64,000 bases of DNA from contig BQJR01000001.1 in assembly GCA_021604805.1 (NCBI GenBank), positions 987,102 through 1,051,101 on the forward strand, given 5' to 3'. Every line of letters begins with the position of its first letter. The stretch's first letter is position 1. Under the pieces are notes generated by a model, which saw only the letters and a list, made by a program, of their open reading frames with translations, had not been told where the DNA came from and ran no database searches. The stretch is from Planctomycetota bacterium (GTDB lineage: Bacteria; Planctomycetota; B15-G4). Made by a program: the position numbers and the translations under genes. Positions 28,048 through 41,446 of this stretch are shown here, piece by piece.

Positions 28048-28353
28048 ATGAGGGATCCCGATCCCAGCGCGACAAGCCCTCCCGTGACACCGCCCGCCTC
28101 CCCCACGCAGCATCCGCAGTTCGACGAGATCCTCGAGAAGGCGCTCAGCAAGCACGCCTTGGATGCGCGCCTCCACGGCGACACGATCCGCCGCTTGGTC
28201 TCAGGCGACGCCGACCCGCGCTCCTTCGTGTGCTGCAACTCGGGCTGCGTGCCGTGCTCGAAGGACTTCCTGCGCGCCGCCGAGGAAGTGCTCGTGCGGG
28301 TTCGCAAGGCGGGCGTCGGCGGCAAGCGCAAGAAGCGCTTCCTGTTCTTCTGA
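28048..28353 (+). CDS. Small protein with a CCxSGCxxC motif (Oxidored-like domain) and a basic tail
   Basis: 101 aa. Very high GC3 in this frame. Motif FVCCNSGCVPC resembles the CC-x-SGC-x-x-C signature of the Oxidoreductase-like N-terminal domain family. C-terminal tail KRKKRFLFF. Confidence 0.6.
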   Translation: MRDPDPSATSPPVTPPASPTQHPQFDEILEKALSKHALDARLHGDTIRRLVSGDADPRSFVCCNSGCVPCSKDFLRAAEEVLVRVRKAGVGGKRKKRFLFF

Positions 28354-28363
28354 GCGCGCGCGC

Positions 28364-32755
<4,392 letters not shown>

Positions 32756-32921
32756 CTCCGCATTCTAGCCGGGTTCGCCGTCGACTCGGGCCGCGACGGC
32801 GACACGAAAAACCCTCGAGAAACTTGGCCGACGCGAGCGCTCGAACCCGCACGTGTTGTTGGAGGCGTGATGAGAGTGCCGTCCGACGGTGCGCATCACG
32901 TCCGAGGAGAGAGGAGTCATC

Positions 32922-34526
32922 ATGCAGGCCCCGCCCAAGCCTTCGTCCTTCGCCATCCGTTGCCTCAGGCTGTGCGCCGTCGCGCTGCCGCTGCTCGGCC
33001 CCGCGCTGCACGCGGGCGATGCACCCCCGGCGCCCGCCGTGGCGCTCGTCGAGCGCGCTCTGCCTGGGACCTCGGCGGAGAGCTTCAGCAGCGGGGAGGA
33101 ACTCTTCGAAGCCGTCCTGGCGAGTGAGTTGTTCCTCAGCGGGCAGGCCGGCCCCTTCGACGTCTACCTGATGAAGACCGGGCCGCAGGCCAAGGAGCGC
33201 GCGGCCGAGAAGCTGCTGGCAGAGTTGCTCGAGGCGCTGCAACCCGCCGCCGCCGTGCTCGAGCGCAACTGGCCGGCTGGTGGCGGCGGCCTGATCTCCG
33301 CAGCGCGCCTGCCGCTGGTGCTCACCGAGAGCGAGCGCGGCGAAGACAGCTTCAACGAGCTGATCGCGCTGCTCGACCACTGCGAGAAGCTCGGATACTC
33401 AGGTTGGCATCCACTCAACCTCGTCGACACGCCGGCCAACCGCGCGGCGGAAGTCGTGCGCACGTGGAAGGTGCAGCTCTTCAACCTCGCGCACCCCACC
33501 ATCGATCAGCGCCGCAAGGAGTGGGTCGAGCATGGTGTCGGGTACTACAGCTTGGCCTTTGTGACGAACCGCGCGCTGCGTCAAGGCTCCTGGGGCATGG
33601 TTCCGCCCTGGCTCGCGCACGGGTTGATCGACGAGCTCGACATCGCGGCCTACGGCAAGGCCTGGGTCGGACAAGAGAGCTGGACCGCGCAGACGCCCGG
33701 TTGGTATCGCCCGGGTTGGTCGGGCTTCGTGCCGCAGGGCCAGACGCCGCCGCCGCCGGTCACCGGCCCGCCCGCCGTGCTCGCCGTCACGGTGAAGGAC
33801 ACCGGCGACCCGTGGTTGTCCTTCAAGGAGAGCACCAGTCGCCACTGGAGTTCGCTCGTCGCCGACCTCAAGACCGAAGCGCCGGCCAGCTTCCAGCGCG
33901 CTGCGCAGACGGAGAGCTTCTTGCCGCGCGACCGAGCCGCCGCGCGCTGCCTCGTGCACCTGCTGTTGGCCGACGGTTCGGGCGAAACGCCGCTGTTCAC
34001 TTCGCTGCTCGATCAGAGCGCCACGGTGCCGAGCCACGGCATGCCCGACAGCGAGCCGTTGCCGGTGCTCTTCGCCCGTGCACTCGGCGGCGTCGCTGAG
34101 GTCAACCGGCTCGAGTCGATCGACAGCGCCAGCTTGCTGCGCGAGCTCGGGCAGGACGACCTGCTCGCACGTCTCGAAAAGCACGGCGCCCAGGCAGCCT
34201 TGGCGCTCAACGATCACCGTGCGCAGTCCGCCTGGTTGATGACCCAGCCGAAGTACGACAGCGCCGCGCGCCTCGAGCTCTTCCAGGCGTTCATGGAGAT
34301 CGAGCACGTGCAGCAACTCGCCGAGTGGCGCGCGATCGCTCCGCAGCTCGACGCCGGCCTGGGCTCAGCGCTCGAGAGCTCCAAGCGTTATCCTCGCAGG
34401 TCGAAGGATTTCGAGCCGCTCCTGACGGCTTTCCGCCAGGGACTGCTCTCCGACCCGAGCGAGGCCACCGAAGCTGATGACGACGACGGTCGCACGTCCA
34501 AGTCGCGCTCCCGCCGGAAGCGCTGA
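32922..34526 (+). CDS. Secreted protein of unknown function, upstream gene of the ECF sigma operon
   Basis: 534 aa. ATG 32922 is preceded by GAGGAGAGAGGAG. Signal peptide (LRLCAVALPLLGPALHAG). I recognise no family motif. C-terminal acidic/basic tail. The stop lies 3 nt before the sigma gene. Confidence 0.7.
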   Translation: MQAPPKPSSFAIRCLRLCAVALPLLGPALHAGDAPPAPAVALVERALPGTSAESFSSGEELFEAVLASELFLSGQAGPFDVYLMKTGPQAKERAAEKLLAELLEALQPAAAVLERNWPAGGGGLISAARLPLVLTESERGEDSFNELIALLDHCEKLGYSGWHPLNLVDTPANRAAEVVRTWKVQLFNLAHPTIDQRRKEWVEHGVGYYSLAFVTNRALRQGSWGMVPPWLAHGLIDELDIAAYGKAWVGQESWTAQTPGWYRPGWSGFVPQGQTPPPPVTGPPAVLAVTVKDTGDPWLSFKESTSRHWSSLVADLKTEAPASFQRAAQTESFLPRDRAAARCLVHLLLADGSGETPLFTSLLDQSATVPSHGMPDSEPLPVLFARALGGVAEVNRLESIDSASLLRELGQDDLLARLEKHGAQAALALNDHRAQSAWLMTQPKYDSAARLELFQAFMEIEHVQQLAEWRAIAPQLDAGLGSALESSKRYPRRSKDFEPLLTAFRQGLLSDPSEATEADDDDGRTSKSRSRRKR

Positions 34527-34529
34527 TCT

Positions 34530-35141
34530 TTGAGCGACGAGAGCGCACCGACACCGCCGGGCGATTCGGCGACGGCTCCGGAGTCCCCCGCCGACGTCTC
34601 GGTCTTACTGCGACAGCTCGGCAACGACAACGCCGAGGAACGCCGCGCAGAGTTGTTCCAAGTCGTCTACGCGCAGCTCCACGATCTCGCGCGTCAGAAG
34701 ATGCGCAAGGAAGCGGCCGGGCACACGCTGCAAGCCACGGTGCTGGTGCACGAGGCGTGGATGCGACTGGGCGGCAACGACGATGTGGCGTGGAGCAACC
34801 GCGCGCACTTCTTCGGCGCGGCGGGCGAGGCCATGCGTCGCATCCTCGTGGATCACGCGCGCAAGAAAGCCAGCGCCAAGCGCGGTCGCGACTTCAAGCG
34901 TCTCCCGCTCGACGGCCTCGAGTTGTTCGAAGCCGACAACAGCGATCTCGTGCTCGCGGTCGACGACGCGCTCGCGCAACTCGAGACCTTCGACGAGCGT
35001 CTCGCCGAAGTCGTGCGCCTGCGCTTCTGGGCCGGCCTCGACGAACAAGAGACCGCTGAGTTGCTGGATCTCTCGCCGCGCACCGTGCGCCGCGACTGGA
35101 AGCTGGCGCGCGCTTGGCTCGCGCGCGAACTCGAGGTCTGA
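34530..35141 (+). CDS. ECF-type RNA polymerase sigma factor (Sigma70_ECF / TIGR02999-like, Ser/Thr-kinase-associated type)
   Basis: 203 aa. TTG start. LLRQLGNDNAEERRAELFQVVYAQLHDLARQKMRKEAAGHTLQATVLVHEAWMRL...WSNRAHFFGAAGEAMRRILVDHARKKAS is the hallmark of this ECF family. The region 4 HTH is TAELLDLSPRTVRRDWKLARAWL. Confidence 0.85.
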   Translation: MSDESAPTPPGDSATAPESPADVSVLLRQLGNDNAEERRAELFQVVYAQLHDLARQKMRKEAAGHTLQATVLVHEAWMRLGGNDDVAWSNRAHFFGAAGEAMRRILVDHARKKASAKRGRDFKRLPLDGLELFEADNSDLVLAVDDALAQLETFDERLAEVVRLRFWAGLDEQETAELLDLSPRTVRRDWKLARAWLARELEV

Positions 35142-35160
35142 GCCGGGCGAGTACGGACAC

Positions 35161-38100
35161 TCAGGGCAGCGGCGCGAACTCTCCGGGCGTGTCGTCGTCG
35201 GGGGGAGTTTCGCGCAAGGTCACGAAACCGTCGGTGTCGACGGAACCGAAGTCGTCGGTGAGCACGGAACGGTCGTCGTCGGCCAGCGCCCATCCACCCC
35301 AGCGTCCACCGAAGGAGCGCAGACGTTCCGCCAAGCCGGGCGCCACGATGCGCAAGCGGCCCATCGCACCGAAGGGGAGCGTGTTGCCTTGCTCGTCCAC
35401 GGCGACCACGCTCGTTCCAGCGAGCGGATGACCCACGGTGCCATGACGTGTGCCGCGTTGGTGCACGCCGGGCCCGCGCACGTCGGGCGTGTTGAGCGTG
35501 ATCAGGCCGCCGACTTCCGAGGCGGTCCAGCAGGCCAGCGGGCTCAGGCCGAAGCGTTCGGCGAAGGCGGCGCGCAAGTCGGCGTCGAGCGGGGCCTCGC
35601 CGCAGAGCACGAAGCGCAGCGCGCCGAGCGTTTCAGGGCGCGCGTGTTCGAGCAACGCCGCGAGCAAGGCCGGGTTCGCAGGCAGTGCATCGAGCTTGGC
35701 GCGACGGATGAAGCGCGCGAGGGAACGTCGGTCGCTGGGGTCGGGATGCCAACCCGCGCGCAAGCCGCCGAGCAGCGGGAACCACAGGCTCGTGAGCTGA
35801 CCGTAGACGGTCCACGTGGGGAGCACGCCGAGCACGCCGTTGTCTTCGTCGGCGCCGAGCACTTGTTGCAGCGCTTGCACTTGCAGCACGAGCTGACCGT
35901 GGGAGAGCGGCACGGGACGCGCTTGTTCGGTGCCCGCCGACGCGAAGACCACGCAGGCCGCGTCGCTGAGTTCCGGGCGCGCATCGCTGCCCAGCGAGAG
36001 CTTGAGCAGCGGCCACGGCGTGAGGGCGGCGAGGAAGGCTCGCCCGAACACTTGCCAACGCTTGAGGTCACGGCACAGCGGCGCGAGTTCGAACACGGGG
36101 AGTTCTTCGAAGAGCGCGGCGCCGCGGTCGCCTTCGAGCAGCGCACCTTCGGCGAGCAGTCCTGTGCACTCGGCTTGGTGCAGCGCGCGACGCAACGCCT
36201 CGAGCGGGAGTTCAGGGTCGAGCACGACAGGCACGCGTCCGGCAAAGAGCAAGGCGAGCTGCGCGAGCAGTTGATCGAGCGGGGTGTGCACGGCCACGGC
36301 CACGCGTCGACCTGGGCCGAGTTCGCGCCGCAGACGCGCAGCGAGCGCACGCGCGCGCGCGAGCAAGCCTGCGCTCGAGAGCGACGGTCGCCCCTGTTGA
36401 TGCAAGCGCCGGCGTAGGTCACGACGTCGCTCACGCAGCAACTCGAGATGCAGCGGCAGGTGATCGCGCTGGCTCTCCTCCCAAGCCTCGGTGGCCAACT
36501 CGCGCAACGCCGCGCGCACCACGGAGGGCGGACTGTCGGCCGGCAAGGGCTCGCCGAAACTCACGCTCACCGGGTACGGGAAGGCGCGCGGCAGCTTCCA
36601 GATCAGGCGCCCGCGCTCGTGGCTCAACAGGCTGCCCCACAAGCCACCGAGGTGCACGGGCTGCAGCTTCACGTCGCGGCCCTTCACGATGCGCTGATAA
36701 CCGGTGCGGAACGGGAGCATGTGACCCAGACGCGTGACGGCGCCCTCGGGGAAGATCACCACCATGCGCCCTTGCTCGACCGCTTCCCCCGCCGCCCCCA
36801 GCGACGCGTCGAGCTGCTCACGCCCATCGTTGCCCGACACGGGGATGCACCCCACGAGCTTGAACAGCCAGTGCAGCGGCCACCACTCGTAGTAGGGCCG
36901 GTACATCAAGTAGTGCAAGCGCCGCGTGGTCACGGCTTGCAGCACGAGCGCGTCGACCCAACTCACGTGGTTGGCGAGCAGCAGCGCGCCGCCTTGCTTC
37001 GGCACGCGCTCGGCGTGCGCCACGCGGATGCGATACAGGCTGTGCGTGAGCAACCAAGCGAGGAAGCGCGCGAAGGCGTAGGGCAGCTGCCGCAAGGCGA
37101 CGAGCGTGCCGACGAGCGACACCAAGGCCACGACCACGAACTGCTCGCGCACCTGAAGGCCCGTGAGCAACCACACCAGTGGCGCCGACGCCAGGATCCC
37201 GATCCACGAGACCATGTTCGCGAAGGCGGTGAAGCGTCCCTTGTCTTGCTCGGGAGCTTCGAGCTGCACGAGCGCCCAGACCGGCACCACGAACAAGCCG
37301 CCTGCGAGCCCGACCGCGAACACGAGCGCGAAGCTCAACCAGAGTCCGTCGGCGAAGAACTCGGCACCAGCCAGCGTGCCCGCTGCCACTGGCGACGGGT
37401 TCCAGGCTGCGAGCGCCAGCAGAGCCAGGCTCATGCCCATAGCGCCGACCGGCACGATGCCGAGCTCCACACGATCGTGCGACCAGCGCGCAGCCAAGGC
37501 GGAGCCCACGCCGATGCCGATGACACACACAGCGACCAACACGGAGGAGCCGGTGGTGTTGAGACCGAGCTCCTGGTCGCCGTACTCCACGAGTTGGAAC
37601 TGCAGCAGGGCCGCGAGCAGGAAGAAGTGCCCCACGCCGGCCATGGCGTAGATCAAGGTGGGACGCGCGCGCACCTCCCGCCAGGTCTTCGCGAGATCGG
37701 GCAGCACGTTCACGACGAAGCGTTGCTCCGGGCGCGCAGCGGGCACGCGCGGCACGGCGAGCGATGTCAGGAAGCCGACGACCGCCACGCCCACCAGCAC
37801 CATCGTGGCCAGCCCGGGGTCGCCAGGATTCTCGTCGGTGATCACGCCCGCCATGATCTGACCGCACACCACCGCGAACATGGTGAACATCTGCACCAGT
37901 CCGTTCGCGCGACTCAGCTCCTTCTCGGCGATGGTCTCGGCCAGGAAGCCGTACTTGCACGGTCCGAAGAAGGTGCTCTGCACGCTCATCAGGAACATCA
38001 CGAACAACAAGCCCGCCAAACTGTGGCTGCAGAAAGCCCAGACACCGAGCCCCATCACGCCGACCTCGGCGAGCTTCGCCAAGCGGATCAACCCGCCCTT

Positions 38101-38334
38101 GCCCCAGCGGTCGGCGGTCATGCCCGCCCAGGCGGCGAAGAGCACGAAGGGAAGCGCGAAGAGCGCTTGCGCGCCGCCCCACCACGCATCCTTCTGCGCT
38201 TCGCTCGTGGTGGCTTCCGTGATGAAGAAGAGCAGCGCGAACTTGAACGCGTTGTCGTTGAACGCGCCCAAGAACTGCGTGACCACGTAGGCCGCGAAGC
38301 CGCGAGTGCGCAAGCCGAGGCGTTCAGGAGCCAT
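35161..38334 (-). CDS. Tri-domain fusion: MFS lysophospholipid transporter (LplT-like) - PlsC-type acyltransferase - adenylation (Aas/acyl-ACP synthetase-like) domain
   Basis: 1057 aa from ATG 38334. About 12 TM helices at the N-terminus. Acyltransferase motifs NHVSWVD and FPEGAVTR. The C-terminal region of about 420 aa is collinear with AMP-binding enzymes but has degenerate core motifs (see findings). Confidence 0.8.
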   Translation of the reverse strand: MAPERLGLRTRGFAAYVVTQFLGAFNDNAFKFALLFFITEATTSEAQKDAWWGGAQALFALPFVLFAAWAGMTADRWGKGGLIRLAKLAEVGVMGLGVWAFCSHSLAGLLFVMFLMSVQSTFFGPCKYGFLAETIAEKELSRANGLVQMFTMFAVVCGQIMAGVITDENPGDPGLATMVLVGVAVVGFLTSLAVPRVPAARPEQRFVVNVLPDLAKTWREVRARPTLIYAMAGVGHFFLLAALLQFQLVEYGDQELGLNTTGSSVLVAVCVIGIGVGSALAARWSHDRVELGIVPVGAMGMSLALLALAAWNPSPVAAGTLAGAEFFADGLWLSFALVFAVGLAGGLFVVPVWALVQLEAPEQDKGRFTAFANMVSWIGILASAPLVWLLTGLQVREQFVVVALVSLVGTLVALRQLPYAFARFLAWLLTHSLYRIRVAHAERVPKQGGALLLANHVSWVDALVLQAVTTRRLHYLMYRPYYEWWPLHWLFKLVGCIPVSGNDGREQLDASLGAAGEAVEQGRMVVIFPEGAVTRLGHMLPFRTGYQRIVKGRDVKLQPVHLGGLWGSLLSHERGRLIWKLPRAFPYPVSVSFGEPLPADSPPSVVRAALRELATEAWEESQRDHLPLHLELLRERRRDLRRRLHQQGRPSLSSAGLLARARALAARLRRELGPGRRVAVAVHTPLDQLLAQLALLFAGRVPVVLDPELPLEALRRALHQAECTGLLAEGALLEGDRGAALFEELPVFELAPLCRDLKRWQVFGRAFLAALTPWPLLKLSLGSDARPELSDAACVVFASAGTEQARPVPLSHGQLVLQVQALQQVLGADEDNGVLGVLPTWTVYGQLTSLWFPLLGGLRAGWHPDPSDRRSLARFIRRAKLDALPANPALLAALLEHARPETLGALRFVLCGEAPLDADLRAAFAERFGLSPLACWTASEVGGLITLNTPDVRGPGVHQRGTRHGTVGHPLAGTSVVAVDEQGNTLPFGAMGRLRIVAPGLAERLRSFGGRWGGWALADDDRSVLTDDFGSVDTDGFVTLRETPPDDDTPGEFAPLP

Positions 38335-38435
38335 GGGCGACGAGTCTACAAGGCGCGCCACGCAGAGCCGCACGTCAGCGCGGCGGGATTCCGAGGCGGC
38401 GTGGCATTTCGACGTGGGCTGCTAAGATCCCGGCC

Positions 38436-39356
38436 ATGACGATCCAAGACGCGCACACCCACTTCTTCTCACGTCCGTTCTTCGAGGCACTCGCCGGTCA
38501 ATCCCCGCTGCCCGGCAGCGTGGACGAGCGGCTCGACGCCGTGGCCAGCAAGGCCGGCCTGTCGTTGCCCGATGCGGATGTCGAGGCGCACACGGCGCGC
38601 TGGCTCGCCGAGATGGATCGCCACGACGTGACGCGCATGGTGAGTTTCGCGAGCTTGCCGCAGGAAGCCGACGCCGTGGCCGCCGGTGCGCGCGCGTCGG
38701 GCGGACGCCTGCTGCCCTACACGCTCGTGAACCCCGCCATGGAGCAGGCGCCGGCCTTCACCGCCAAGTGCCTCGGCGAGCTGGGCTTCCGCGGGCTGCT
38801 GCTGTTCCCCGCCATGCATCACGTCGCCGCCGACGACCCGCGCTGCAACGCGATCTACGAGCTCGCCGCGCAACACGAGGCACCGGTGATCGTGCACACA
38901 GGCATCTTGCAGGTGAAGCTGCGCGACCTGCTCGGCTTGCCGCGTCCCTTCGATCTCTCTTTCGCGCACCCGCTCTCGCTCGTGCCCGCGGCGAACCGTC
39001 ACCCCAAGGTGCGCTTCGTGCTGCCGCACTTCGGCGGCGGCTTCTTCCAAGAGGCACTCATGACGGCCGTGCAGTGCGAGAACGTGCTCTTCGACACGAG
39101 CTCGAGCAACGCCTGGATGGCCACGGACCCGAGCGGGCTCACGCTCGAACGCGTGTTCGCCGCGGCGCTCAACGTGGCCGGCGCGCAACGCATCTTGTTC
39201 GGCACCGACTCGTGCACCTTCCCGCGCGGCTACCGCGCCGATGTGCGCGATGCGCAACTCGCCGCCATGGAAGCCGCCGGCGCCGACAGCACCACCGTGG
39301 ACGCGATCATGGGTGGCAACCTCGCGGCGCTGTTGCCCGAACGCAGCAACCACTGA
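38436..39356 (+). CDS. Amidohydrolase-family metal-dependent hydrolase (TIM barrel, amidohydrolase_2-like)
   Basis: 306 aa. N-terminal metal-ligand motif DAHTHFF, an internal HxGG-type segment (LPHFGGGF), and a C-terminal FGTDS motif. Confidence 0.75.
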   Translation: MTIQDAHTHFFSRPFFEALAGQSPLPGSVDERLDAVASKAGLSLPDADVEAHTARWLAEMDRHDVTRMVSFASLPQEADAVAAGARASGGRLLPYTLVNPAMEQAPAFTAKCLGELGFRGLLLFPAMHHVAADDPRCNAIYELAAQHEAPVIVHTGILQVKLRDLLGLPRPFDLSFAHPLSLVPAANRHPKVRFVLPHFGGGFFQEALMTAVQCENVLFDTSSSNAWMATDPSGLTLERVFAAALNVAGAQRILFGTDSCTFPRGYRADVRDAQLAAMEAAGADSTTVDAIMGGNLAALLPERSNH

Positions 39357-39403
39357 CGGCAGGCTGAAGCGGGAGCTGAAGTGCGGGCCCCGCCCGGCTC
39401 GGT

Positions 39404-39907
39404 TCAGTCGCTGGTCGGCGTCTCGGGTGCGGGTTGCGGCGCGCCGGGCGCTGACTGCAGCTTCGCAGCGGGTGCCGCTTGCGGGTTCGCCGCGCGCTTG
39501 GCCTGCAGGTTGCGGCCCAGGTCGGCGATCGTCATCGAGTACACGCGTTCCATGAGCGTGCGCCGGAAGTTGAGCCACTCGTCGTGCATCGGACAGGGTT
39601 GCTCGTCGTTGCACTGGTCGAGGCCGAGCACGCACACCTTGGCGATGTCGCCGCCGTTCAGCGCCGCCACGAGTTCGTGCACCGTGATGCTCTCTGGATC
39701 CTTGGCGAGCTTGAAGCCGCCGCCGCGCCCTTTGGCCGAGTCGAGCACCTCGATGCGCGCCAGGCGATGCAGGATCTTGCCCAGGAACTGGCGCGGGATG
39801 TCGGTGATCTCGGCCAGATCGCGCGCCAGCACGCGCTCTCCCGGTTCCAAGGTCGCGATGTGAGCCAAGGCTCGCAGGGCGTACTCAATGGTGGCCGAGT
39901 AGATCAT
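39404..39907 (-). CDS. Rrf2-family transcriptional regulator (probable Fe-S cluster-binding; IscR/NsrR-like)
   Basis: 167 aa. N-terminal YALRALAHIA...ITDIPRQFLGKILHRLARIEVLDSAKGRGGGFKLAK is the Rrf2 wHTH. Three clustered Cys residues (CVLGLDQCNDEQPC) occupy the cluster-ligand positions. Confidence 0.85.
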   Translation of the reverse strand: MIYSATIEYALRALAHIATLEPGERVLARDLAEITDIPRQFLGKILHRLARIEVLDSAKGRGGGFKLAKDPESITVHELVAALNGGDIAKVCVLGLDQCNDEQPCPMHDEWLNFRRTLMERVYSMTIADLGRNLQAKRAANPQAAPAAKLQSAPGAPQPAPETPTSD

Positions 39908-39999
39908 GGTGGCTGGGACTCCCGTGCGTGCGCGTGCGCTCGGAGTCTATCAACAATGGCCGCATTCCCCGCGCGTCCTCGGGTGCGTACCATCGCGGC

Positions 40000-40332
40000 A
40001 TGACTCAGACCGCACTCCACTCCCTCGAGAGCTGGCGGGACGCCCTGGCGGCGCACCCGCGCGTGTTGCTCTTCAAGCATTCGCCCATCTGCCCCGTGAG
40101 CACCGCGGCCCACTCCGAGTGGGAACGCTTCCGCGCGGGTCAGCCCGAACTCGACACGCTCTTCGTGGACGTGATCCGCGACAAACCCACCGCGCGTGGG
40201 CTCGCGAGCGAATGCGGCGTGGCGCACGCGTCGCCACAAGTGATCTTGTTCGTGGACGGCGCGCCGGTGTGGAACGCCTCGCACGGCGAGATCACGGCGG
40301 GCGCGCTGACCCAAGCGTGGGAGTCCGCGTGA
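40000..40332 (+). CDS. YtxJ/BrxC-like monothiol thioredoxin-fold protein (DUF2847)
   Basis: 110 aa. Motif [12 protein letters not shown] matches the single-Cys (T/S)xxCP(I/V)S active site of YtxJ-family proteins. The start was refined from track ORF 39928..40332. Confidence 0.75.
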   Translation: MTQTALHSLESWRDALAAHPRVLLFKHSPICPVSTAAHSEWERFRAGQPELDTLFVDVIRDKPTARGLASECGVAHASPQVILFVDGAPVWNASHGEITAGALTQAWESA

Positions 40333-40976
40333 TGCGCGGACGCGAGCGCGTCGCGTGCGCGCGAAGCCTTGCGCAGCTCCAACACTCTGCGTACCTCGCC
40401 GCGCGACGCTCCGCGCTGGTCGTCACGATCCTGATCGTGAGCGCCTGCGGTTCGGGAGACAGCGCTGCCGAGACCACCGCGCCGCCCGCAACGAACACCA
40501 CGCCGCCGAACACCGGCGCCCCCGCAGTCGAGTCCGTCACGAACCAAACGGGTCAAGCCGCGCCGGAACAACTCGCCGGCACCTGGTGGGTGTTCGTGCC
40601 CGAGCAACCGCAACGCGCCTTCCGCGCCACGCTCGTGGCCACGGATCACGAACAACACTTCCGCGGCTCGTGGGTCAGTTTCGATTGGCGTGGCACGAGC
40701 CGTCCCGAAACTCTGCATCGCATGACGAAGCCCGTGGAGATCCAGGCCGAACACAGCGATGGCCGACTGTTCGTGCGCGGCCCTGCGCCGCAGATCGATG
40801 CCACCAGCGGGCAGCCCACGGGCGCGCACGGAAGCTGGGAGTTGCGCGTGCGCTTGGCCAGCCTGCCGGGCGAACCGTTGCGCTTCACCGGGCGCTTGTT
40901 GCGTCACGACGACAGCGCCGAAGACGAAGGCCTCGCCGCCGAAGTCAGCAAGAGCTTCGAGGCCTACAGCGGCTGA
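40332..40976 (+). CDS. Lipoprotein of unknown function
   Basis: 214 aa. Lipobox ILIVSAC, followed by a Thr/Pro-rich linker and a beta-rich domain. Its ATG overlaps the ytxJ-like stop (TGATG). Confidence 0.6.
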   Translation: MRGRERVACARSLAQLQHSAYLAARRSALVVTILIVSACGSGDSAAETTAPPATNTTPPNTGAPAVESVTNQTGQAAPEQLAGTWWVFVPEQPQRAFRATLVATDHEQHFRGSWVSFDWRGTSRPETLHRMTKPVEIQAEHSDGRLFVRGPAPQIDATSGQPTGAHGSWELRVRLASLPGEPLRFTGRLLRHDDSAEDEGLAAEVSKSFEAYSG

Positions 40977-41008
40977 GCAGAGCCCCCCCCGCACTCGGCG
41001 CGCGCCGC

Positions 41009-41434
41009 TCAGCGCGCGAAGAGCTGCGTCGGGTCGCGGAAGGCTTTGAACTCGAGCGCGTTGCCGCTGGGGTCGCGCACGAAGCAGGTGGCTTGTTCGC
41101 CGACCTCGCCGACGAAGCGCAGCCCCGGTTCGATCAGGAAGCGCAGGCCCGCCCCGCGCAGCCGCTCGACCAAGGCATGCCACTCGTCCATCGGTAAGAC
41201 CAGGCCGAAGTGACGCACGGGAACTCGCTCGCCGTCGACATCCGTGCACGCTTCGGTGGACGCTTGGTTCGCAGCGGGCACGAGGTGCGCCACGATCTGG
41301 TGCCCGCGGAAGTCGAAGTCGACCCACTGCGCGCTGGAGCGACCTTCGGCGCAACCCAGGATGTCGCCGTAGAACGCGCGCGCCGCGGCCAAGTCGTGCA
41401 CCGGGAAGGCCAAGTGGAAGGCAGGCGCGCTCAT
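41009..41434 (-). CDS. VOC-family (glyoxalase/bleomycin-resistance/dioxygenase fold) protein
   Basis: 141 aa. N-terminus [22 protein letters not shown] and C-terminus [13 protein letters not shown] are typical VOC beta-alpha-beta-beta-beta modules. Confidence 0.8.
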   Translation of the reverse strand: MSAPAFHLAFPVHDLAAARAFYGDILGCAEGRSSAQWVDFDFRGHQIVAHLVPAANQASTEACTDVDGERVPVRHFGLVLPMDEWHALVERLRGAGLRFLIEPGLRFVGEVGEQATCFVRDPSGNALEFKAFRDPTQLFAR

Positions 41435-41446
41435 GCCTCCGCCCGC

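Noticed and set aside
36448-38439. 663-aa plus-strand ORF
   Set aside because: It is antisense to the MFS and acyltransferase part of the LplT/Aas-like fusion and has shadow-frame composition.
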